Positions 29,018 through 39,370 of a stretch of DNA of 64,000 bases are shown here, one piece after another (positions within the stretch are counted from its first letter, which is position 1; the number at the start of each line of letters is the position of its first letter). The position numbers and the translations under genes are program-made. Below the pieces are notes generated by a model, which was given only the letters and a program-made list of their open reading frames with translations, made no database searches and had not been told where the DNA came from. Source of the stretch: Desulfomonilia bacterium (GTDB lineage: Bacteria; Desulfobacterota; Desulfomonilia; UBA1062); contig CAXXDQ010000002.1 of the NCBI GenBank assembly GCA_963664325.2, positions 32,001 to 96,000 on the forward strand, given 5' to 3'.

Positions 29018-30349
29018 ATGACAGAAGCGGGATTAAGGAAACAGATATCAGCATTGATAGCTGAAATTTACCACTTGCAGGATGAAACAAGCCCATTTAT
29101 TCCCGGTGTGACACCCGTGCGTTATGCCGGCCGGGTTTATGATGAAAAGGAGATGCAGGCTGCAGTTGAGGCATCCCTCGATTTCTGGCTTACCGAAGGC
29201 CGCTTTACCGAAGAATTTCAGAAACAACTTGCAGCAAAGGTCGGTACCAAATATGCAATTCTGACAAATTCCGGTTCATCTGCAAATCTGCTGGCTGTAT
29301 CGGCACTTGCATCGCATCTTCTTGGTGAGAAGCGACTCAGGCCCGGCGATGAAGTTATTACTGTAGCCGCAGGCTTTCCCACTACTCTGAACCCGATTAT
29401 ACAGAATGGCTTTGTCCCTGTGTTTGTAGATGTCGGAATACCCACATACAATGTTATTACCGAACAGATAAGAGAAGCGATCGGTCCTAAAACGAAGGCA
29501 ATCTTCATAGCGCATACATTGGGAAATCCCTTTGATATTGAAGGGGTTTTAAAAATAGTCAAAGAACACGATCTGTTCCTGATTGAGGATTGCTGTGACG
29601 CCCTCTGTTCAAGTTATTCCGTAACGAGTTCTTCGCAAAAAACATCTTTTGTAGGTACGTTCGGTCATATTGCCACATGCAGCTTTTATCCCGCACATCA
29701 CATAACTATGGGTGAAGGCGGGGCTCTGCTGACTTCTGACAAAACTTTTGCACGGATAATCCGTTCATTGAAGGATTGGGGACGCGACTGTTATTGCGGG
29801 CCCGGTCAAAGCAACTGCTGCGGCAGCCGCTATACAAAACAGTTCGGGGAACTTCCCGAAGGGTATGACCATAAGTATGTATATTCACACATTGGATATA
29901 ATTTAAAGGCAACAGACATACAGGCTGCCATTGGAGTCGAACAGCTTAAGAAACTGGACCGTTTCTGTCAGACAAGGCGAGATAATTTCAGATTATGGGT
30001 GAGTGGCTTCGAAAAATTCAAAGACCACTTTATTCTTCCCGAGGCGACACCCAACAGCGATCCGGCCTGGTTTGCATTTCCCGTATCAGTCAAGGAAAAA
30101 ACCAGCTTTTCACGAACGGAATTAACCACTTATTTGAGCGATCATCTGATAGAAACAAGGAACTTGTTTGGCGGGAATCTTTTAAGACAACCCGCATACC
30201 TCAACATCCCGCACAGAAAAATTGGCAATCTGGAGAATACTGATAAAATCATGAACAGCACTTTCTTTTTAGGCACGTTTCCGGGTATTGGAAAAGAGCA
30301 GATCGATTATACAATTAGCATAATCGATAGGTTCATTGGAGCAAGTTAA
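29018..30349 (+). CDS. rfbH: CDP-4-keto-6-deoxy-glucose 3-dehydratase (E1)
   Basis: NSGSSANL, EDCCDAL, SFYPAHHITMGEGG, DWGRDCYC...NCC, YDHKY.YSHIGYNLK. Confidence 0.93.
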   Translation: MTEAGLRKQISALIAEIYHLQDETSPFIPGVTPVRYAGRVYDEKEMQAAVEASLDFWLTEGRFTEEFQKQLAAKVGTKYAILTNSGSSANLLAVSALASHLLGEKRLRPGDEVITVAAGFPTTLNPIIQNGFVPVFVDVGIPTYNVITEQIREAIGPKTKAIFIAHTLGNPFDIEGVLKIVKEHDLFLIEDCCDALCSSYSVTSSSQKTSFVGTFGHIATCSFYPAHHITMGEGGALLTSDKTFARIIRSLKDWGRDCYCGPGQSNCCGSRYTKQFGELPEGYDHKYVYSHIGYNLKATDIQAAIGVEQLKKLDRFCQTRRDNFRLWVSGFEKFKDHFILPEATPNSDPAWFAFPVSVKEKTSFSRTELTTYLSDHLIETRNLFGGNLLRQPAYLNIPHRKIGNLENTDKIMNSTFFLGTFPGIGKEQIDYTISIIDRFIGAS

Positions 30350-30353
30350 GGCT

Positions 30354-31430
30354 ATGCTGAAGGATTTCTTTAAAAACAAGAGAGTTCTGATTACAGGCCA
30401 CACCGGGTTTAAAGGCTCCTGGCTGGCGTTATGGCTCAATGACCTTGGTGCCGAAGTAACCGGACTGGCATTGGAGCCAAACACCGAGCCTTCCCATTTC
30501 AATCTGGTGAAACTCGAAGATTTGATAACCCATGTTAAAGGCGATATAAGGGATATCAGAGCAGTCGAGAAAACATTCAGACAATCGAAACCGGAAATAG
30601 TCTTTCACCTTGCGGCTCAGGCATTGGTGAGGGATTCATACAGTGAGCCCAAAATTACTTTTGACACTAATGTTGGCGGGACCGTAAACGTGCTGGAATC
30701 GGTACGCAATTTTTCTGATGTCAAGGCAGTGATTATTATTACATCTGATAAATGCTATGAAAACAGGGAATGGATCTGGGGATACCGTGAAAATGACCCT
30801 ATGGGAGGTTATGATCCCTACAGCGCCAGCAAGGGGGCTGTTGAAATAATATGTGCTGCGTATCACAGGTCATTTTTCCAGAAGACGAATACCGGTTTTG
30901 CAACAGCGCGGGCGGGAAATGTTATTGGTGGCGGGGACTGGGCAAAGGACCGTATTATCCCGGATTGCGTAAGGGCACTGTCAAGCGGGAATCCCATTGC
31001 CATACGTAATCCCGATGCAGTCCGTCCGTGGCAGCATGTGCTGGACCCTTTGTCCGGATATCTCCTCCTGGCAATGAAGGTCTATAATAATCGGGAAAAG
31101 TTTTCCGGCTCATGGAATTTCGGTCCTGCCGGAAGCGGACAGATAAGAGTAATTGAGCTGGCAGAAAAATTTATCAGAGCCTGGGGCAGCGGCAGGATAG
31201 AGAGACCTGATCCGGAAATAAAAGCTCCCCATGAGGCGCACCTGCTCAGGCTGTGTATTGACAAAGCGGTTCATATCCTCAAGTGGAGGCCGGTGATTGA
31301 CAGCAGAACTGCCGTTGATTGGACAGTTGAGTGGTATAAGGCATGGCATGAAAACAAGGCAAGCATGCAAGATGTATCGCTGGAACAAATAAGAAAATTT
31401 CAAATATTAATTAACGAGGAAGGTTTCTGA
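30354..31430 (+). CDS. rfbG: CDP-glucose 4,6-dehydratase
   Basis: TGHTGFKGSW, TSDKCYEN, DPYSASK, RAGNVIGGGDW, RPWQHVL. Confidence 0.95.
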   Translation: MLKDFFKNKRVLITGHTGFKGSWLALWLNDLGAEVTGLALEPNTEPSHFNLVKLEDLITHVKGDIRDIRAVEKTFRQSKPEIVFHLAAQALVRDSYSEPKITFDTNVGGTVNVLESVRNFSDVKAVIIITSDKCYENREWIWGYRENDPMGGYDPYSASKGAVEIICAAYHRSFFQKTNTGFATARAGNVIGGGDWAKDRIIPDCVRALSSGNPIAIRNPDAVRPWQHVLDPLSGYLLLAMKVYNNREKFSGSWNFGPAGSGQIRVIELAEKFIRAWGSGRIERPDPEIKAPHEAHLLRLCIDKAVHILKWRPVIDSRTAVDWTVEWYKAWHENKASMQDVSLEQIRKFQILINEEGF

Positions 31431-32209
31431 TGGCACAAAATATACCTGTTGTAATCCTTTGCGGCGGTATGGGGACGCGCTTGCGTGAGGAAACGGAATA
31501 CAAACCCAAGCCCATGGTCGAAATTGGCGGCAGGCCGGTTTTATGGCATATAATGAAAATCTATGCCCACTATGGATTCACCGAATTCATTCTGTGCCTT
31601 GGGTATAAAGGCAATGTCATCAAGGAATATTTTCTCAACTATGAAATGATGTGCAATGACTGCACGGTTCAGCTTGGCAAAGGCAGCAAGATAACTTTTC
31701 AAAATGACCATCAGGAACAGGATTTCAAAATCACCCTGGTTGATACGGGTCTGCATACAATGACCGGCGGAAGGATCAAACGCATAGAACCTTATATCAA
31801 GGCCGATACATTCATGGCCACATACGGTGACGGGCTTGCTGATATTAATATAACAAAGCTGCTTGAATTTCACAAATCGCATGGGAAGACGGCAACCCTT
31901 ACTGCAACCCGTGCACCTTCGCGTTATGGAATACTCGATATGAATGAAGATGGACATGTAAAGAGCTTCAGGGAAAAAGTCGAGACTGAATGGATTAACG
32001 GTGGATTCTTTGTTTTCAACAAAAGAATGTTCAATTATCTGGACCCTGACTGCATTCTGGAACGAAAGCCTATGGAGAATGTTGCCGAAGACGGGCAGAT
32101 GATGGCATATCGACATAATGGTTTCTGGATCGGGATGGACACATACCGTGAATATGAAATGCTCAATAGGATGTGGGATATGGAACAGGCGCCCTGGAAA
32201 CTGTGGTAA
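31430..32209 (+). CDS. rfbF: Glucose-1-phosphate cytidylyltransferase
   Basis: ILCGGMGTRLREETE.KPKPMVEIG, TMTGGR, TYGDG, WINGGFF, MDT.RE. Confidence 0.95.
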   Translation: MAQNIPVVILCGGMGTRLREETEYKPKPMVEIGGRPVLWHIMKIYAHYGFTEFILCLGYKGNVIKEYFLNYEMMCNDCTVQLGKGSKITFQNDHQEQDFKITLVDTGLHTMTGGRIKRIEPYIKADTFMATYGDGLADINITKLLEFHKSHGKTATLTATRAPSRYGILDMNEDGHVKSFREKVETEWINGGFFVFNKRMFNYLDPDCILERKPMENVAEDGQMMAYRHNGFWIGMDTYREYEMLNRMWDMEQAPWKLW

Positions 32210-32225
32210 TCTGATTTAATTTTAA

Positions 32226-33959
32226 ATGGACACAAAAATAAAAGTTTCGGATTTCTTAGCTGAGTTTTTATATGACCAGGGAATAACCCACATTTTTGAA
32301 GTTATCGGGGGAATGATAACCCATTTAATAGATTCCATACACAATCAGGGAAAAATCAGGCTTGTAAGCGTGCACCATGAACAGGCTGCCGCCTTTGCCG
32401 CCGAAGGCTTTTCAAGAATGTCAGGTGTTCCCGGTGTTGCATTGGCAACAAGCGGGCCCGGTGCGATAAATATGCTTACAAGTATTGGAAGCTGTTACTT
32501 TGATTCTGTTCCTTCAATCTTTATTACAGGCCAGGTAAATCGTCATGAACTGAAGGGCGACAGGAATATACGCCAGCTGGGCTTCCAGGAAGCCGATATT
32601 GTATCAATGTCGGCTCCAGTTACTAAAGCGGCATGGCAGATACAAAATCCCGATGATGTGCCTTCAGCTGTGAAAAAGGCCTTCGAGCTTGCCACTTCAG
32701 GCCGTCCGGGGCCAGTCGTTTTGGATATTCCCATGGATGTGCAAAGATCCGAGATTCGCTTGACTACTCAGAAATATTGCAGAAGTTTTGATATCGGATC
32801 TTGTGGTAATGAAATATTTACCGAGGTTTTTAATGATTTAAAAAATTCGGCCAGGCCAATAGTTTTAGCCGGAGGCGGAATTAACTCGGGCAATGCTCGA
32901 AACAGTTTCAGGGAATTCATAGATTCGGTGAAGATACCCGTTGTCAATTCCCTCATGGCCGTAGATGTTTTGCCGTATGAGCATCCTCAGAGAGCTGGTT
33001 TGATAGGTTCATACGGTAACCGCTGGGTAAATCAGGCTGTCGGGAAAGCAGATCTGATGCTTGTGCTGGGCTCTCGCTTGGATATAAGGCAAACCGGGTC
33101 TCAAGCAGATGCATTCAAAGGTGAAAAAATCATATATCATGTAGACTGTGAAGAAGGTGAAATCAACAACCGTGTTAAAAAGTGCAAACCGGTTTTAAAT
33201 CAATTGAACAGCTTTTTAAATGATTTCACAACTTACCTGAGAAGTCGTGAACTGCCTGATTATTCCTTGTGGATTGAAGAGATAAAGAGCTTCCGCAAGT
33301 GCTGGCCGGATACCGGGGAGATTAATAATTTGTCTGGAATAAACCCTAACCAGTTAATGCATTCAATATCAAAGGTTTCCAATAAAGCTTGTGCTTTTGT
33401 GGTTGATGTCGGCCAGCATCAGATGTGGGCTGCACAGTCGGTTGAAGTAACAAACAAACAGAGGTTTCTGACTTCAGGCGGTATGGGAGCTATGGGATTT
33501 GCATTGCCTGCCGCTGTCGGTGTATCTTTTTCAAGACCCGGAGAGCCTGTTGTTGTGATCGCTGGCGATGGCGGTTTTCAATTAAATATTCAGGAATTGG
33601 AAACTGTGGCACATCACAAATTGCCTGTTAAAATGGTAATTTTAAACAACAGATGCTATGGAATGGTTCGCCAGTTTCAGCAGAGCTATTTTAAGGAAAG
33701 ATACCCTTCAACTTACTGGGGATATTCAGCACCTGATTTTAAAAACGTTGCCCTTGCCTATGGGATCAACAGCAGGACAATTCACGATAATTCGGAAATA
33801 ACGGAAGGGCTTGGCAGCATGTGGGAAGATCCCCGGGAACCTTTTGTTTTACAGGTGATGCTTGATCCTCTAACAAATGTCTATCCAAAAATAGCATTCG
33901 GTTTGCCGATTACGGAGATGGAGCCGTTAGCAAAACCAGTGACAATGGAAGGCACCTAA
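32226..33959 (+). CDS. Thiamine-diphosphate enzyme, acetolactate synthase-like (YerE-type by context)
   Basis: HEQAA, ATSGPGA, GRPGPV, DVGQHQMW, SGGMGAMG, GDGG..LN...NN. Located inside the CDP-sugar block with no ilvN/ilvH partner. Confidence 0.85.
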   Translation: MDTKIKVSDFLAEFLYDQGITHIFEVIGGMITHLIDSIHNQGKIRLVSVHHEQAAAFAAEGFSRMSGVPGVALATSGPGAINMLTSIGSCYFDSVPSIFITGQVNRHELKGDRNIRQLGFQEADIVSMSAPVTKAAWQIQNPDDVPSAVKKAFELATSGRPGPVVLDIPMDVQRSEIRLTTQKYCRSFDIGSCGNEIFTEVFNDLKNSARPIVLAGGGINSGNARNSFREFIDSVKIPVVNSLMAVDVLPYEHPQRAGLIGSYGNRWVNQAVGKADLMLVLGSRLDIRQTGSQADAFKGEKIIYHVDCEEGEINNRVKKCKPVLNQLNSFLNDFTTYLRSRELPDYSLWIEEIKSFRKCWPDTGEINNLSGINPNQLMHSISKVSNKACAFVVDVGQHQMWAAQSVEVTNKQRFLTSGGMGAMGFALPAAVGVSFSRPGEPVVVIAGDGGFQLNIQELETVAHHKLPVKMVILNNRCYGMVRQFQQSYFKERYPSTYWGYSAPDFKNVALAYGINSRTIHDNSEITEGLGSMWEDPREPFVLQVMLDPLTNVYPKIAFGLPITEMEPLAKPVTMEGT

Positions 33960-33977
33960 TATTAAACGGCTTTTTTA

Positions 33978-35039
33978 ATGATCATTCCTGAAGATATTAC
34001 GTCAATAATCAGCAGTGTCGGAAACAAATTTTTTGCCCTTTCGGGGCAAAGGCTGTTTATTGCCGGTGGAACCGGCTTTATCGGCAGTTATCTTTTAAAA
34101 ACCGTTGCATCTTTGAATGATAATCATCTTGAGGACCCCTGTAATGTAATTGTTCTGTCGAGAAACCCGGATGCATTCTTTAAAAAAATGCCTGATATGG
34201 CCAGGCGAAGTGATTTGAAAGTTATCAAAGGTGATATCATCAATTTCGATTTTAATAGTTTCAACTGTGATTATATTATTCATGCAGCAACTGAAGCCGA
34301 TCCCTTAACCGTTAAGAACGATCCGCTGGGATCGATGGAAACTATCACCCGGGGGACTTTGAATGTTTTAAACCTTGCTGAAAGAAACAAGGTTAAATCC
34401 TTTCTTTATTTAAGCTCCGGCGCAGTCTACGGTGTACAGCCTCCCGAACTGGAACAGATACCGGAAGATTTTATTCAAGGGCCGGACTTGTCGGTGCCGG
34501 GATCAGGCTATGCGGAAGGGAAAAGATATGCAGAGGTGTTATGTTCAATATATGCTCAACAACATGGTGTCCCTGCCAAAGTTGCAAGACTGTTTACATG
34601 TACCGGTCCATATATCGATTTAAAAGCAACTTATGCGGTTTCTGATTTCATAATGAGATGTCTTGGAAAAGAACCGATAATAATAAACAGCGACGGGACG
34701 CCGGTAAGGTCGTATTGCTACAGTGCTGATTTGACGGTAGCACTATGGGATATTTTGTTGAGTGATGCACGGCACGCATGCTTTAATGTAGGCTCTGACG
34801 ATAGTATATCGATTTCCGGTTTAGCCTGTTTCGTTGCTTCATGTTTTGATGAAACTGTTCCGGTGATAATTAATGGTCCTGCTTCAGAGGGGAAGCTTCC
34901 CTCCCGATACCTGCCGGATATAACAAGACTTAAGGATAGTTTTGATTTCAATCTGCAATATGATTCGCTTGCAGCCGTGAAGAGAACGATTGACTGGATT
35001 AAAGAATCTCCGGCAAATATCAATTATCAGAGTGGATAA
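33978..35039 (+). CDS. NAD-dependent epimerase/dehydratase (candidate YerF-like reductase)
   Basis: GGTGFIG, SSGAVYG, YAEGK (YxxxK), RSYCY. Confidence 0.8.
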   Translation: MIIPEDITSIISSVGNKFFALSGQRLFIAGGTGFIGSYLLKTVASLNDNHLEDPCNVIVLSRNPDAFFKKMPDMARRSDLKVIKGDIINFDFNSFNCDYIIHAATEADPLTVKNDPLGSMETITRGTLNVLNLAERNKVKSFLYLSSGAVYGVQPPELEQIPEDFIQGPDLSVPGSGYAEGKRYAEVLCSIYAQQHGVPAKVARLFTCTGPYIDLKATYAVSDFIMRCLGKEPIIINSDGTPVRSYCYSADLTVALWDILLSDARHACFNVGSDDSISISGLACFVASCFDETVPVIINGPASEGKLPSRYLPDITRLKDSFDFNLQYDSLAAVKRTIDWIKESPANINYQSG

Positions 35040-36105
35040 AGACAGCTTACATGTAACGGTCTGTGTTCCTGCACATAACGCCGGTTGGTCATTAGCCAGA
35101 ACTATGGATTCAATACTTGCCCAGGACTATCCTGACATTGATGTTTTTGTGTGCGACAACTGTTCATCAGACAACACAGCTGAAATTGCTAAAAGTTATG
35201 AGAACAGGGGTGTCAGATATTTCTTCAATCCCGTTATATCTGGTGGCGCTGAAGGCAACTGGAATTATGCTTTAACTCTTGCGAAAGGGCCTATGATCGC
35301 AGTCTATCATGCGGATGATCTGTATAACCCGGGAATCGTCAGAAAACAGGTGGAGTTCTTCAAATCAAACCCTGGCGTCAGCTCTGTATTTACAATGACG
35401 CAATTAATCGATGAAAAGGACAGACCAGTCAAAAAAGGCTCAACTTCACTTCCAATTGAGTTAAGGAAAAAAAACGTATTCAACTTTGAAGAGTTGATAA
35501 ATGCAGTCCTGGAATATACAAATTTCATGATTGTTCCGAGCATGATGACGAAAAAGGAAGTGCTGGAAAAGGTTGGTAATTTTAACTGGCCTGAATTTAA
35601 AAGCGCAGCAGATATCGATTTGTATCTGCGGATGTCCCAAACAGGACCGATCGGGATTATTGACGAACCGTTGCACCAATACCGCATTTCAACACATCAG
35701 GACTCTAATGTCATCCATAATTCAAGGACACATCTTGCGCATTTTTTCTGGGTAATGGATTATTGGCTTGAATTGCCGGAAATCAGTCAATCAATAAAAC
35801 CTTCGGCACGAAGGGTTTATGATATGTACAGGGCATCAGACCAGGTTCTGTGTGCCATGAAAATGCTTGTACAAAACAAACCGCAAGATGCAAAAGGATT
35901 GCTGCTTCAAGCTATGAAAACAAGCAACTGGATGACCGGTTTAAGCTTTCAGCCCCGAAGAGTGCCGTATTTTTTGGCGGGATTATTTCTGTTAATGAGT
36001 ACCATGGCCGGGTTTGGAACATTTTCAGGGAAGCTGACAAATGCCCTGTATCAAAAATATCTATGGCATATGAGACAGCCTGTCAGGACTATTGATGATA
36101 AATAA
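35032..36105 (+). CDS. Glycosyltransferase family 2
   Basis: VCVPAHNA, DNCSSDNT, HADD, DIDLYLR. Start approximate (GTG at 35032). Confidence 0.85.
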   Translation: MDKDSLHVTVCVPAHNAGWSLARTMDSILAQDYPDIDVFVCDNCSSDNTAEIAKSYENRGVRYFFNPVISGGAEGNWNYALTLAKGPMIAVYHADDLYNPGIVRKQVEFFKSNPGVSSVFTMTQLIDEKDRPVKKGSTSLPIELRKKNVFNFEELINAVLEYTNFMIVPSMMTKKEVLEKVGNFNWPEFKSAADIDLYLRMSQTGPIGIIDEPLHQYRISTHQDSNVIHNSRTHLAHFFWVMDYWLELPEISQSIKPSARRVYDMYRASDQVLCAMKMLVQNKPQDAKGLLLQAMKTSNWMTGLSFQPRRVPYFLAGLFLLMSTMAGFGTFSGKLTNALYQKYLWHMRQPVRTIDDK

Positions 36106-37039
36106 AAATTCCAGGATTTATGTCGCAGGCCATAGAGGGTTGGCCGGATCGGCGATTTTGAGAAAATTGAAAAGCGACGGATACCTGAATTTAATTGTCA
36201 GAACACATAATCAGCTGGATTTAAAAGACGCCAAAAGCGTCTTTTTACATTTTAAGAGAACAAGGCCTGAAGTTGTTTTTATTGCGGCTGCAAAGGTCGG
36301 TGGAATTGCAGCCAATATCGCCGAGCCGACAGAATTTCTTTTGGATAATCTGAAAATTCAAAACAACCTGATGGAAGCATGTCTGGAATATAAAGTTGCA
36401 AAGACTGTTTTCCTTGGAAGTTCATGTATATATCCCAGGGAGTCTCCTCAGCCGATGCGTGAAGAATATTTCATGCACGGACCTGTAGAACCCACAAATG
36501 AATCTTATGCGATAGCCAAAATAGCCGGTATACGTCTGGCACAGGCCATGAATAAGCAGTATGGACTTAATATAATTTCTCCTATGCCGTGCAATTTGTA
36601 TGGCCCGGGCGATCATTTCGAGTTCGAACGCTCACATGTGATATCGGCACTTGTGAGGCGTTTCGCGGAGGCAAAACAGACCGGTTCCGAATCTGTTACA
36701 CTATGGGGCACAGGGAATGCCCGCAGGGAGTTCCTGCATGCCGATGACTGTGCGGATGCGTGCCTGTTCCTCTTGAATAATTACGAAAGCCCTGAGATTA
36801 TCAATGTAGGTTCAGGTGCTGATTTTACTATAAGAGAACTGGCAGAGCTGATTGCAGCCATTGTGGATTATAAGGGTCAAATACTCTGGGACATATCAAA
36901 ACCCGATGGAATGCCCCGCAAACTTCTTGATGTTCAAAGGCTGAAATCATTAGGATGGCAGCATTCTATTGAACTTGAAAGAGGCCTCAGGATGGTTCTC
37001 GAGGATTTCTATAAATGGCAAAAATCAAACAAGGGTTGA
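36095..37039 (+). CDS. fcl: GDP-L-fucose synthase / ColC-like epimerase-reductase
   Basis: VAGHRGLAGSA, AAKVGGI, GSSCIYP, YAIAK, WGTG.ARREFLH, KPDGMPRK. Confidence 0.92.
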   Translation: MINKNSRIYVAGHRGLAGSAILRKLKSDGYLNLIVRTHNQLDLKDAKSVFLHFKRTRPEVVFIAAAKVGGIAANIAEPTEFLLDNLKIQNNLMEACLEYKVAKTVFLGSSCIYPRESPQPMREEYFMHGPVEPTNESYAIAKIAGIRLAQAMNKQYGLNIISPMPCNLYGPGDHFEFERSHVISALVRRFAEAKQTGSESVTLWGTGNARREFLHADDCADACLFLLNNYESPEIINVGSGADFTIRELAELIAAIVDYKGQILWDISKPDGMPRKLLDVQRLKSLGWQHSIELERGLRMVLEDFYKWQKSNKG

Positions 37040-37045
37040 TTGTGT

Positions 37046-38314
37046 ATGAATAGTAAAAAGAAAGAAGATTTGAGGAGATCCATTCAGGCATACATTGAAG
37101 ATGCTTCAGGCTCTGAAAACGCAGAATCACGGAAATACTGGTATCCGTTAAGTTGCGCAACCTATGAGACGGAAGAAATCATGGAGGCGCTTGATTCCCT
37201 GTGCGCGTTAAGGACCACAATGGGTGAGAAAACCGTAAGGTTTGAGCAAACCTTCAGCAGGATGTTCGGCCATACCGAATCAGTTATGGTAAACAGCGGA
37301 TCATCCGCGGATCTTTTAATTGCCTTTGCTCTTGTTAATCCCCAGGCGAAGCTCCTCAAGTCCGGTGATGAGATCCTTGTCCCCTCAGTAACATGGCCGA
37401 CACAGATATGGTCCGCCATGATGGCAGGGCTTAAGGTCAGACTTGTGGATACGGACCCCTTAACTCTCAATGTGGACCTAAAGGACCTGGAAGGGAAAAT
37501 TACCTCCCGGACAAGGGCAGTATCGCTTGTTCATCTTATGGGAAATCCATGCGACATGGACAAGGTTATGGCCCTTTGCAAAAAGCATGACCTCATCCTT
37601 ATTGAGGATTGCTGCGAGTCTCTCGGGGCGAAATTCAAAGGCCGGCCCGTGGGCACTTTCGGAATGGCCGGAAGCTATTCATTTTTCTTCTCGCACCACA
37701 TTACGACCATGGAAGGCGGTATGATAGGTTGCAGGGATGAGGAATTGTCTGACCTGTTCAGACTGCTGCGTGCACATGGATGGGCGCGTAACATGAAGCA
37801 TATCAGCGTCGAACCTGAGCCCGATATTGATGAAAGATATATGTTTTTAAACTGGGGATTCAACGTAAGACCCACTGAACTCCAGTCAGGCTTTGGGCTG
37901 GTTCAACTTGGACGCCAGCCGGCATTTCATGACCAGCGCAGAAAAAACGCAGTATATTTTGAAAATTATTTAAAACAGTACGGGGATATTATGGCGCTGA
38001 TGCAGGTAAACCCGGATTCCGAATGCTCCTGGTTTACCCTGCCTGTCATTCTTAGGCAGGAGTGCCCTTTCAAGAAAGAAGATTTCTTGAAATATCTTGA
38101 AATTCAGGGGGTCGAAACAAGGCCAATAGTGGCGGGCAACCTGGCGCTTCAACCCGTTGTCAAATTGTTTCCAGGCCTGTTCGACAACAACCTGCCTGGT
38201 GCCAATCAGGTCCATAAATACGGGTTTTATCTGGGGCTGTATCCTTTTGAATCAAAAAAGCAGATGGATCGCCTGTTCGAAGTGTTTGACAATTATCTGA
38301 AAACCTACAGGTAA
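37046..38314 (+). CDS. PLP-dependent GDP-4-keto-6-deoxymannose 3-dehydratase (ColD-like)
   Basis: DegT fold with SFFFSHHITTMEGG (His where aminotransferases have Lys), RAHGW.R, ETRPIVAGN. Lacks the Fe-S Cys cluster seen in RfbH. Confidence 0.8.
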   Translation: MNSKKKEDLRRSIQAYIEDASGSENAESRKYWYPLSCATYETEEIMEALDSLCALRTTMGEKTVRFEQTFSRMFGHTESVMVNSGSSADLLIAFALVNPQAKLLKSGDEILVPSVTWPTQIWSAMMAGLKVRLVDTDPLTLNVDLKDLEGKITSRTRAVSLVHLMGNPCDMDKVMALCKKHDLILIEDCCESLGAKFKGRPVGTFGMAGSYSFFFSHHITTMEGGMIGCRDEELSDLFRLLRAHGWARNMKHISVEPEPDIDERYMFLNWGFNVRPTELQSGFGLVQLGRQPAFHDQRRKNAVYFENYLKQYGDIMALMQVNPDSECSWFTLPVILRQECPFKKEDFLKYLEIQGVETRPIVAGNLALQPVVKLFPGLFDNNLPGANQVHKYGFYLGLYPFESKKQMDRLFEVFDNYLKTYR

Positions 38315-38326
38315 AAAACCCAGGTC

Positions 38327-39355
38327 ATGAAAATACTTCTTGTTGCGGCTTTCGGAAGGGATGAATCCGAATCCTACGAGTATTATAATTTTTATCTTCC
38401 GCTCAGACGTATAACAGAAACGGTTATAAAGTATGATTTTATAAATAAAATGAATAAGCTGGGCAGGCAGGGGATGAACAATGACCTGCTCGGAACGGTC
38501 AAAGAATTAAGACCTGATATTGTAATTTTTGTTCCGCATACAGACCAGTTTATTCCGGAAACCGTTGATGAGATTAACAAATATGCGCTCACTCTGTGCT
38601 ACTTTTTCGATGATATATGGAGGCAGGAGTACTCTAATTTCTGGGCCGGTCATTTTAGATATGTAACTACATCTGATGTAAACGGTTTAAACAGATTCCG
38701 GGATGCAGGCTTTACAAATGTTCTCTATTCGCCGTTTGCCTGCAACACCGGCTATTTCATAAAGAAGGACATTCCCAAGATATATGATGTCAGTTTTATC
38801 GGCCAGTTTCATCCTTACCGCGCATGGTTCATAAGAAAAACAAGAAAGGCGGGATTTAATGTTTTTGTTCGAGGCTTGGGATGGGATAGCGGACCGGTAG
38901 ACTATACTCAGATGGTTGATATATTCAATCAAAGCAGGATAAACCTCAACCTGTCCAATTCGGTGTCATGGGACACGAGATATTTGATGGCGCTTAACAG
39001 GCCTTTTACGGAAACGCTTCGTGCCTGGCGCAACACTGCATTTGCGCTGTTCAAGACCGATCATAAAATCCATGAGCAGGTGAAAGGACGTCATTTCGAG
39101 ATAAATTCATGCGGCGGTTTTCAATTGTCATATTATGTGGAGGGCCTGGAAAAGCATTATAGTATTGGAAGAGAAATCGCTATTTATGATTCGGTAGACA
39201 TGATGGTCGATAAAATCGGCTATTATCTCAAATATGATGATGAGCGTGAAGATGTTGCACAGAACGGATATATGCGCACCCTGAAAGATCATGATATGGA
39301 GTTCAGATTCAGGACCATATTTGAAAGCCTGAAATTGAACATCAGTAGGACATAG
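38327..39355 (+). CDS. Glycosyltransferase (CgeB/DUF3880-like)
   Basis: YDVSFIG, SRINLN, KGRHFEI..CGGFQL, R..VA..GY.R...DH. Confidence 0.75.
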   Translation: MKILLVAAFGRDESESYEYYNFYLPLRRITETVIKYDFINKMNKLGRQGMNNDLLGTVKELRPDIVIFVPHTDQFIPETVDEINKYALTLCYFFDDIWRQEYSNFWAGHFRYVTTSDVNGLNRFRDAGFTNVLYSPFACNTGYFIKKDIPKIYDVSFIGQFHPYRAWFIRKTRKAGFNVFVRGLGWDSGPVDYTQMVDIFNQSRINLNLSNSVSWDTRYLMALNRPFTETLRAWRNTAFALFKTDHKIHEQVKGRHFEINSCGGFQLSYYVEGLEKHYSIGREIAIYDSVDMMVDKIGYYLKYDDEREDVAQNGYMRTLKDHDMEFRFRTIFESLKLNISRT

Positions 39356-39370
39356 GCCAAGGGCGACATA

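Noticed and set aside
32226-33959. Calling the ThDP enzyme ilvB
   Set aside because: No regulatory subunit or ilv/leu genes nearby, and it is embedded in a CDP-sugar block.
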